A stretch of DNA of 64,000 nt from Daphnia carinata (lineage: Eukaryota). The translations under genes and the position numbers were made by a program. Below, piece by piece: positions 25,337 through 36,330 of this stretch. The stretch's first letter is position 1. Each line of letters starts with the position of its first letter. Under the pieces are notes generated by a model that did no database searches, was not told where the DNA came from, and saw only the letters and a program-made list of their open reading frames with translations. The stretch spans positions 4,216,001-4,280,000 of the forward strand of contig NC_081331.1 of the NCBI RefSeq assembly GCF_022539665.2. The letters run 5' to 3'.

Positions 25337-26362
25337 TTACAACTGGGTATATTTGTAAAGACCAATGGTCGGTGGCCAAATGCTCATTGAATAATCTCTC
25401 ATTCGAATATCTGTCTTAATTGATGAAATTTTTGTTTTCAGAATGAACTGTACTTTTTTAAAGAAAACAAATACAAAGTGATAATTATTCGGGGAAGTAC
25501 GGAAGTATTTTCTGTGGGTGTGGCAGTTTCGGTAGACGAGAATGGCCGTATTTTCATATGCTGTGTTAATATTTTCTGTAAATCTTGACTGACTTCCAGT
25601 AAGAACCGTCCTTCGATAAGAGTAACCAAAGGGGTTTTCGTAGCCGTCCTTGAAATTCAAGGAATGATGCGCAGTTTCTAGACGGATTTTACTTCGTCTT
25701 AAAGTCCTCAGGCTCTGCCACATAGATTATTTCTCAGACGTAGTATCTTGGCATAATGCAACAACGCTTTTCTTTCTTGTCAAAAACACATCTGAAACGT
25801 CATGGAATCTGGGTGGTAATCAAGGTATTCGTATCCATGTTCATCTCGAAAAAGTAAGCATGGAATGCATGATTACATGAGGTAAATAGTTTTTCTTATC
25901 ACCAGCCTTGCAGAAGCTTTCGACATTATCATGACGAAGGTAGAATTGCTTCGTTTTCAGCTGCAACAAATTGCACCATTTTTTTTTTCAAAATCTTCCT
26001 GGTAAGATAGTACGATTCCTCGTGAAACGTTATGTTATATCCTGAAAAGGTTGGGCTATGACGTACGTGACCAAACCGCCGATGTTCACTGCTATTATGG
26101 CAGACCTTTTTCCTATGGGCGTAAGGCATCTCCGTTGTTTCCTTGAGGGTACTTGGTCTTGGTAGGTCTATACTTTGGTAGTAAAACAGAACTGGAGGTC
26201 GTTAGCGATGGAATGATTTTTAGCCACTGCTCTTCCTGTTGTTTAAATCTACAACAAATAAGGAAACAGGTCTTCAAGGTTTTTGTTGAAAATATACAAG
26301 CGATGTGGCCTTTGTGTCAATGCAATCAGAACTTTCGATCGGCTTTTGATGTAGAACGCCAT
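25337..26362 (-). pseudogene. Possible degraded gene or lncRNA with intron-like gaps and interrupted frames
   Basis: ATG at 26362, two ~50-60 nt GT-AG intron-like segments and 60-128 aa ORF pieces in different frames. No continuous frame and no recognisable family. Confidence 0.2.
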
Positions 26363-27088
26363 TCTGTCAAGTCTTTGAAAATATTTGTACAGTTTTGCTT
26401 AAAACCGCCCTCCTAGCGTTTCGGAGAAAACGTTTTAGAAGGCCATTGAGTGTTAACTCATTCAAGTAACGTGAGGTCGATAAGGTTGATCGATTGGCGA
26501 CTCCTATCGCGCACTGGTTCATCTGTGTGGCGACTGGCGAGATGTCAATAGCCCTGAGTGGCCTAAATAGGGCGGAATGGACCTAGAAACTTAGTGGAGA
26601 AGAAGGAAACTACGACTTCAGAAGATTTGGCGCGGTAAACTTTTGCTTAACAGGCGATCGTCTGCTAAGATGCAAACTGCATTGTAATTGCGACTGCAAC
26701 GTGTCATAGAGTCAAAATCAGGATTTTCTTACACTTCAGTTACTTGTAGGTCGTACATGTCGCAAGTTGGATGACAATCCCAAGTGCGTGAGCGTGGTCA
26801 AATATCAAGTTTAAGGATTCACGACGATTCCCGATTTAACAAAATATCGTGATCGATATTTGAGCAAGTCTATAAATTGCAGGTTGCCACGTGCAAAGGC
26901 CTCTTTCCACACACAGCAGTCGAACTAGGAAGTTCTCACTTCGATATTCCAGCAAGTTACTCTCGTGTCTACTAAACTGCCACGGGCTTTTGTGTCAAGC
27001 TTAGAAATAAGAAATCAAAATAAGGAGTCCGCGTTTTTTGTTGTAAAGTGTAAAGTGTTTTTAAATTGTTGGTTGAATTTAATTCGAC

Positions 27089-28771
27089 ATGCCGGGAAAA
27101 GAAGTTCTTAACGGAGAGAATTTGAGCACAAACGGAACGTCTGAAACGTTTCTTTTCACATCGGAATCGGTGGGAGAAGGGCATCCAGGTAATTTCAAAG
27201 AGCAACGTCGAATATATGTTTAATACTAAAATGGCTTACATTATTGATTTTATGTCAATGCCCTGTTTGTTTGGCATTTTTTGTACAGACAAGCTATGCG
27301 ATCAAGTCAGTGATGCTATCTTAGATGCACATTTAGCACAAGATCCAAATGCTAAAGTTGCCTGTGGTAGGCTCCTGTATAAATGCCACTAGTTTTCATT
27401 TAATAATCATTGTTTGTTTACAGAAACTGTCAGCAAAACAGGCATGGTTTTGGTCTGTGGTGAAATCACCTCACGTGCCATTGTGGACTATCAAAAGGTT
27501 ATCCGTAACACAGTTCAACAAATTGGATATGATGATTCGTCTAAAGGTGATTATTATTGTTTTATTGTTTATGAGGTATTTTAACACAATTTTTCCCTCT
27601 CCCAGGATTTGACTACAAAACATGTAATGTTTTGGTTGCATTAGAACAACAGTCACCCAACATTGCCAGTGGTGTTCATGTTGACCGGGATGATGATAAT
27701 GTTGGAGCAGGTGAGAAAAAAGAAATAATATTTGTTGTTTTGGTTATTTATAAATTAAATGTTGTAAAATTCAGGTGATCAAGGATTGATGTTTGGCTAC
27801 GCCACTGATGAGACTGAAGAATGCATGCCATTAACGGTTGTTCTCGCTCATAAATTGAATGAAAGACTTGCCGAATTGCGCCGTGATGGCACTCTCTGGT
27901 GGGCTTGCCCTGATACTAAATCTCAAGTGAGAAAAACGAGTTTTGATTATATTCTTCGATAATAGTTTATCACAATATCGATGTAAAAGGTAACTTGTGA
28001 GTACTATTTCGACAACGGAGCTTGTGTTCCACTACGCGTACACACCGTAGTAATTTCTACACAACACTTGGCAAAAGCCTCCTTGGAAGAGGTTCGGCGA
28101 GACGTGATGGAACACGTCATCAAGGCTGTTATTCCCGCTAAATACATGGACTCGAACACCATTTTCCATATCAACCCCTGTGGATTGTTTATTTACGGTG
28201 GACCAATGGTACGTGCACACGTAACGCCCTACTTATTGTAACGTCACGTGACGTTTCTATTATTTTTTTTCTAAGGGTGACGCTGGACTTACTGGTCGCA
28301 AAATTATCGTTGACACATATGGTGGCTGGGGAGCGCACGGAGGAGGTGCTTTCAGTGGTAAAGATTATACTAAAGTGGATCGTTCTGCTGCATATGCTGC
28401 CCGATGGGTTGCGAAATCTTTAGTCAAGGGTGGCATATGCCGCCGCTGCCTTGTCCAGGTAAATCGAATTTCTGTGTTTGGCACGAAACAAACTAAATAC
28501 TATCCGGTCTTACACATTTTTCCCTGTCTACTAGGTGTCTTATGCCATTGGTTTAGCGGAGCCCCTCTCAATCACAATTTTCGACTATGGTACATCCAAG
28601 TACAACCAAAGCCAGTTGCTGGCCATCGTCAAGAAGAACTTCGACCTAAGGCCAGGTGCTATCGCTAAGAACCTCAACCTGAAGAACCCGATTTACCAAA
28701 AAACTAGTACATATGGCCATTTTGGGCGAGAAATATTTACCTGGGAGCAACCTAAAACTCTGATATTGTAA
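27089..28771 (+). CDS. MAT: S-adenosylmethionine synthetase (MAT), 398 aa. Exons 27089-27188, 27289-27366, 27424-27546, 27606-27710, 27775-27926, 27990-28208, 28276-28458, 28535-28771
   Basis: [44 protein letters not shown] and YGHFGR. Exon lengths sum to 1197 nt. Confidence 0.98.
27411..27440 (+). promoter_or_regulatory. Candidate METTL16/METT-10 m6A hairpin (UACAGAAAC, 27419-27427) over the SAM synthetase intron-2 3' splice site
   Basis: TACAG|AAAC at the ACE/TVSKTG junction. Flanks UGUUUGUU and AGCAAAACA can pair with one bulge, closing the motif in a hairpin. Confidence 0.75.
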
Positions 28772-31700
28772 GACTACGCCGACCATTTTTTTTTCTTTTT
28801 TTTTTTTTTCTTTTGCCATACGTCTCTGTTAAGTCATTAGAAGATCTTATCCTTTCTCAGACCTGCTATTCTGTTATGGTTCTACAGTGTCTCAGTGTGG
28901 GGGTTTCTTGTTGGTAGCAGTAGTTGAGATCGAGACAAGTCTCTTTTCTTAAAAGCTTTTCACGTCATCTCAATAACTAGAGGTGGCGAAGATATAGCCA
29001 TGTAATGAAGTACGTCTACTCTGCTGCCGACTGAACGAACTCGCTGCGAATGTTCGCCGTTTCATTTACCATTATTAATACCCTTTTTTTCATAAACCAC
29101 TGTTGCTGACGGCGTACGTTTGTGTTGTGTTTCCAAAAATTCGTCCATGGAAAAGAGCACTTTTTGGAAACACTCCGATACTGTAGAATTGCACTCGCTT
29201 CTTCACACACTACTTCTAAAAGTTCTTATAATGTGTCTTCTGTCCAACATCTCTTGTTTGTTTGACGGGCGGGGCCATTTGACATACCCAACTTTTTCGT
29301 CTTTGAATTTCTTTCCCAATTTTTTTTTTTCATACAAAAAAAAATCTAGATTTTGTAGACTTTGTTTTTTCTCAATCAGGGAATGATTTCATTTTTGCCA
29401 CTCCTTTACACGAATGGAACAATGACCCTTCGTTTTGTCTTTTAATAGTGCGGTTTGACTGTATCTAATGCCGCGCCTATTACGCATATTTTTCAAGGTG
29501 TGGGCAGGTAAGAAACGAAGATCAATAAACAATGGTCGTAAAAAGAAAGAATCCAGATATCAATCCAATTGTATTGTAAATTTTGAAATCATGAAAGGGT
29601 CATAACCGTCTGTTTCCACAATACAGGTGAACGAAGACAAAAATATTCCAACCCAACCTCAAAAGGAAGAGAAGCTAGATCAAAAGAAAAATCGAGGACA
29701 CTACCAAAATTAACTAATAAAAGTAAAAAGACGCAAACTTCCAAGTGTTTTTTTGTGTGTCTTTTGGAGGGGGAGGAGTCGAAGTGTTCAAGTGCATTCA
29801 AAACGCTTTCGCTAATTCAACTAATCTTCAATCACGCACAACAATACCACTCTTTGAACCGTATCACATTTTGTGCAGTATCCGCCCTCTCCGCTTATTA
29901 TATTTTTAAAAAAATCATTTGGGGGGTGGAGAGTTTGAATACCATCACTGTACACACACCAAGCAGACACATTATCCTTTACCATATTGTATGGTCGTAA
30001 TTAATTTTTTCTTTCTCTCATGACATTCTATTCAGCTATTAATTATTGCTGGCAAGTTGGAATCTCCCAACCCTCCTTTTTCGCTCACGCATTTGCGGAT
30101 GAACAGAAAAGCAACGACTAGACAGCTCCACCTCCCCATCTCACTTTTGTGGATTCAGGTGAGTATCAGTAATAGTCACAGTTGGCGGGACATCATACTG
30201 ATTCGCTCCCTAATGTAACAAGGTTATGTCTGCTCCCCCCCCCCCCCCCCCTCACTGGTTCGGCAACGGACGCAGAACGAAAAGTAAACGAAACAGATAA
30301 AAAGGATTTTTTTTTGACAGGATCGAACAAAGTCGATTGTCACGTGACAAAAACACGAGTTACACTCTAATAAAGAGGCAAAAAGGCAACGACAAAAAGT
30401 AGAAAAAGAGCGGGGTGAAAAAAGAGGGGAAAAGCTAATCAACCGGAAGGTAAAAATTAAAAAAAGGTAAAGATAAAACAAAAAAAAAGGGAGGGGGGAA
30501 GGAAACGAACATTAGACATCCACGCTTTACCGATCACTGCGCTTGAGAGAGAAGTTTAAAACACGAAAAAGACATTAATAATGAGTATTGCGCCTTGACA
30601 TGGACGCGAATCAACGACATCATTGTCACACAGATTCACTCAAAAAAAGGACAAGAAAAAAAAAGAGATAGAGAAAATGAACGTATAAAAAACGGGGAAA
30701 ATTGCTGGAGAGCGATAAAAAAAAGCTGGCGCCAGTAGTAAAAAGAGGAATCAAGAGGGATAATATAGTATAACATAAATGATAGGAAATAATTGACATC
30801 GCACAGCCGCACACAGGTACTGGTACCAATTCCCGTTCTCTTTGTTGGTTTTTCCCCTTCGCACTTGTCCGAATCTGGGTTTGTGTATGAAAGCATTCAC
30901 AGTCGAAATCAGGCACATCTTTTCTTTTGGTGTTATCTTTAGAAGTTTGTGGGTTCGAGATATCATCCATTCTTTAAATGAATCAAAAAACTTTTAAAAC
31001 AAGCCAAAAAAACAAACAATTTAACAGATCATTTCTATATCTGATCGTCACTTTTCTTTTAAAAAGGAATTATACGAAACTTTAAAAATTTATCTTCCGA
31101 ATTAAAGACTAGATTCGATTCCGCACAAACGTTTGCGCCTTCCTTTTTGTTTTTCTTTTCACAATTCACCGGTTGTTGGTACTCAATACGCTAACTGACT
31201 CGCATTTGTTGTTACCGTCACTAGTTAATCTACTGCGATGATGTCGGTTTTCACTCATCCATACGCACGGTCACATAACTATTAAAACAATAGGGGAACA
31301 ATCAACATTGTCCTTTGAGGGAAAGAATTGAAAAATTATGGTTAAGGTCGTTAAGTAGCAGTAAAAAATCTGCATTCTCGAGGGGGAAAAGGACAATTTT
31401 GATGTGAAGGAAGATCAAAGTCGAAAACTCTACTAGGCTGCTGGATGTGTTTTTGAAACATGGATCCTGGCAGATGATTACGATTACAAAAAAAGGGGAG
31501 TGGGAGGGGGGAAACAGACGACCATTCATTGACAGAAAAGGCACGCAAGTCAGTCACGTCCAATGGTTGAGCAACGAGTGTGGTACTACGCAACGACGAG
31601 ATGTTCTAAAAAAGAATCTAAAAGATATGGAGGGTGGGGTGGGTCAACGGCTTAACACGATAAGTCAAATTTGAAGCTAATTTCTTTTTGGGGAGGGGAA

Positions 31701-32808
31701 ACAAATTTACTAACTATGCACGATCGAACGCCGTGACTGATTTGATCCATAACATTATTATTACTGATTTTTTTCTTTTTCTTTTCTTTGCCTATAAAAC
31801 GGGAAATTATTTTACCTAATTCACGAAATGGATTTCACGAAATAATTAGCGTTTTTTTAACACTCGTCGTTGCCTGTCATTCACTCGGCTTGAGAACTGT
31901 GACTCTAAAGAGGAAAAAGGGGAGGGAGGGAGGGAGGGAGGGGGATTTTTGGGACAACACACGTACACATTTGATGGCTTGGCGCGATAGAATATCCTTT
32001 CACAGTCAGTTCCACGTCTTTTCCATCTACGAGTTATTTTAACAACACGCATGAAACATATCAACCAAGAAGCACAGCGCCTTTTATCACGAGTTAGTTG
32101 CAACATATATAATTGTTTTGTTTTTTTTGGATTTTCCGCTGTGCAATTCTGTCGATTCTAACTCAACTGGGTTATCACAGACTGTTCTGAAATGCTTAAA
32201 TTCGCACAATCAGCTATTCTCTTTTACTTTCAATCTCACGCTCCTTCGCTGGCTCATATTCTGGGTCTCGGATTTCAATGATCACAATCACTGGGCTGTT
32301 CACTAACACAACGCTGCGCCTATTTGTTTCTCTCGCCTCGTTTAGCGCATTGTCTATCTCTGCTTAACCCAATCAAAGGCACCGACCTTAAAAGAGCAAA
32401 TCCTACCAGGCACACACTTAAAAAAAAGGTGGAAAAAACGCTCGTTTTTTTAAAAATGCCCACGGTTAATCAACGATAATATATATAGAAAAAAAAGCAA
32501 CGGTTAACCGGTTTCACCCCAAAAGGCTCCTTTAGCCAAAAGGAAAATAAAGGGAAAATGGGGCAAAAAAGAATTCGACCGGCTGATGGCAGTGAACCAG
32601 CCCCAAAATGGAGAGAAAGATATTTTGGAGCGGTATTAATATAGGGCAGGGAAATTCAATTTGTTAAAGAGCATTGAACATGGTACGGCAGTACGATGAA
32701 TGGCGCTTGGATATCGCACGAGGCTTAGGTTAAAAGATTTAATGTGAAAACAAGATTTTTCCCCATTTCCTAACTCAGGACCTCCCCCTACATCCCAACC
32801 TACCACCT

Positions 32809-34921
32809 TTAGGCATTATTATTGTTGGCCGTCGGTGAATCCTGGTCGCAGGAACTAGGAGGAGGACTGGTCGGTTTGGTCTGTATCAGTGGCGGAGGGG
32901 AGGTCGTTGCAAGAACCGATCCGGCCGAAGAAGTCCTTGGACTTCCGTTGGAGCCGGCACCAATGCCCGGCTGAGAGGCGATCACATTCGATTGAACGTC
33001 CGATTCGGCCACAAAGGCTTCTCTTGGGGCGCTACCAATGCTACTGCTGCTGCTGCCACGTAGGTATGAATCGCGACCTCTGTTGCTTCGACTATGGCCA
33101 GCCCCTGTGAGTGATCCTATTCAATGTGTTCATCGGATGAAATCAAAACTAATGCTAGCAAAACTGCAATGCATCTGTTTACCTTGGCCCGGCGTGGGTG
33201 GGACGTGTGGTGGGTGGTTGGCCGTTCCGGTCGTCGAGGCGTCGGAATGAACACGCATGTGGATTCGCACTTGTTGCGACTGGCTAAATCGGCGGCCGCA
33301 GGTGTTGCATTGAAATGGTTTTTCACCTGTGTGAGTGCGGATGTGTTGGCGCAAGTGATCTCTTCGCCGAAAGCGTTTTCCGCAATAGGGACACTGGAAC
33401 ATGGTAACTGGGCCCTGGGGAGTCACCACTGTCACTCGCAACGGCTGGAGCGGAAAAAACATAAAATCTTTATTGATCTTTCTACACACAGACACACAAA
33501 AAGGCCTAATGCTATCTTACCTGATTTTGGGCGGACGGTGCTGGTCGTGGTTCGGCCACTGCAACCGCGGCAGGCACTTCAGACACAGCTATCGTAGACG
33601 CAGTGGTCGGCGTAGACTCTTGACGAGGAGCGTTGACGTCTGATGGAGGGCGACCGCGTCGGCTAAACGACGGCCCAGGCAACGGGGGTGGAGGAGGATA
33701 GGTAGGCATTCGTTGGGAGGCGATTGGCCCTGGTGGTATAGGAGGAGCAATAGGGACGACCTGCTGCTGACGAGGAACCCAAGGTCCTTCTGGCCCAACT
33801 CCTATCGGCGGAGTGGCCACTACTACCGGAGGTCGTCCCGCTGATGGAGATGGTAAACCAACGGGTAGGGCAGCAGGTATTAATCGGTTGGTGAGTGGTG
33901 TCGGCGAGTACCTAATAAAAGTTAAACGAGTCATTTTGAAATTCCATTAAGCGTGACATTGACCGTTACCTGTTGCCCATTAGAGAGGACAAAAGCATGC
34001 TGTGATGCTGAGAAAACGCATGCTGCTCGGCTGCAACTGGGCCAATAACAGGGGCACGTATGGGTAATGGTAGGGGAGGACTTGCGCGTCCAGGAGAAGT
34101 TGTAATTCGGCCATCTATTCTAATTGCTTGTTGTTGGTGTTGTGGACTATCCACGTCAGCTGAAGATGGCCGCATTGGTTCGGATACTATGGTTGGTCTT
34201 GAAACGTGATGGGATCGCCTGTCGCCTGTGATGGGTGGGCTAACTGTTCCGCTGTTTCCCGGTGCTGGACGGCTCACTTGGTAACCTGCATTTATGTTCT
34301 CCGCCGATCCCGCGCCCCCTTCACTCGCGCTGAGTGGTGTGTTTACGGGTTCGGGAGCTACAGCAAATGGGAACAACGACGAAGCCAGTCCTGAAGAAGA
34401 AATCAATAATGTGATAAATACTCCAAATGACGGTGTGGATTTGAGACTCTTGAACAGCTTATTGCATAATTGAATATCAATGGAAATGTAAAATCAAGAG
34501 ATTTACAATAATAATGAAAAAAAATTATCTATGCCTATATAAGATATAAAAAAGGCAGCGAGTTAGGTGATATAGTACCTTTGATTTGAAGATTTTCAGC
34601 AGTTCGAAAGAACGAGGCCATATCACACCCAGCTGATACAACCACCTCTCCTGAATACATGAAGGTGAGCAAAGAATGCAGATCCTTGAGCGGCACCCCC
34701 TGGAGGAACACAACAGGATGCTGGTGCTCAGGCACTTTGCTGAGGATTTCAAGAAAGTAAGGGCTGCAAGCTGATAGAATGACACGGTGAGCGGGGAACA
34801 CCCTTCCCTCAGAGCAGAGGATCACATCTGTGAAGGTATCATGCCTCCACAGGTCCTCTACCACAGCAGCAAAATTCTGCTGGTGGTTATTCCACCGCAG
34901 AACAAATTCTTCAGCTGCCAT
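32809..34921 (-). CDS. BTB/POZ (tramtrack-type) plus two C2H2 zinc finger transcription factor. Exons 34921-34579, 34390-33970, 33911-33521, 33444-33183, 33116-32809
   Basis: EEFVLRWNNH...HRVILSACSPYF...LQIKGL BTB domain and CPYC...HTGEKPFQCNTC...H fingers. All splice phases are consistent. Confidence 0.93.
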
Positions 34922-36330
34922 TCTTTGTTTGCCTTAAAGTCTATTCAAGTCTTCAGGATTATGGGCAAGGTATTCCAAGTTCACATAGTAAAGGTGCAGT
35001 AAAGTCCGACCTTCATCACAAACTAACACAGCTGGGAGCTAGCTTGCTGTTTTCACAATTATGTACAACAGACTGTCCTGCAAAAGATTGACAAATTAGT
35101 AAAGATCACTTTTAGACCCCTCAGGTACACAAACTTTATCGATTTTTCCGCAAAAAAAAACTCGCCACATCACAAAAAAACACATTGAACAATTAATAAC
35201 GCGACTAAACGAATCCTAATTCACTATTATAATGTGTTGTCACTTCAAAATAACACATTAATTTACCTTTACACTGCAAGACAGGGGCAGCCCCTACAAC
35301 AGCGCTGTTTACGACGCAAATGTCATGTCGACAGCTGTGTGTAAAACAGCACAGGCGAAATAGGGTTGTGCTAGCCTCTGTGGGCAACACCAGCGGCTAT
35401 CATCGATATATATTTTTTTAATACTTAGAGTTGGATGATGTAAGTTTGATACGACTCGCCAGCAAAATTTCACAAGGACAAGTCGTCAGAAATAGTTTCA
35501 TGAGAAATGGATGCCATCGAATCACAATTTTTCACGCTCCCAAGTGAACGAGCATTAAACATTTGTTTATCCATAAAATTCGGGAGGAAAAAAAGAATGT
35601 TTTAACGACCGGTTTGATCTTCCCGCGGTTGCCAGACTCATCTAAATCGTGAGAGGGAGGCTTTGTGTACCAGCAGACCCAGCAGTCGAGCAGATAACGA
35701 AATACTAAGATAAGAGGAAATATTTGTTTTTGCTGGTTAAAATGCTCTTGTGTTTTACGCCCAAACTGCTAACCTAATGTTCTACTAACCGATAAAATGT
35801 ACCATGTGTGCCATGTTAAATTTGCAATTACGGTACAATGACGAAATCAAATCAACCCATTATTCGATTATGCGTTAACAAAAAGATAATAAAAGAGGTA
35901 AAGTAAAAGCAAATACATATTTTTACTACACGTTTAGTATGAGATTTGTTGAGGGCGTAAAGATCAGCAAAATCTAACACCCGCGTACTTATGAAATAAG
36001 ACCGTTGCTGCAATGAAGGGGTTGGATGTCACGCGATTTCATTCCCATGCGAACTCAAATGGTATCATTTTCCATACCGTCTCCAACGAGTCGAAATGAT
36101 AAATCCGCCTTCAATTGCACTCGTTCGGGTGCAAGAGTAAAGGCGGAGTCGAAACGTTGCCTTAGTTGTAAACTTCAAAAAAGGAATTTCAGACCTTACG
36201 GAATGGTTTCTTTGCATACTAAAGTGGTGTTGGGCCTTGAAATTTGATCACAATGAGCTGTAGATACCCATGCGATATTACAGCCTACACGAACGTATTA
36301 CTTGCATATTTTATTTGCATACTGGAAAGG

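Noticed and set aside
28772..29540. MAT2A-style 3' UTR METTL16 hairpins
   Set aside because: No TACAGARAA found; the closest match, TACAGTG, is not the consensus.
33038..33643. Plus-strand ORFs over the zinc-finger exons
   Set aside because: Antisense shadows of the BTB-ZF coding sequence.
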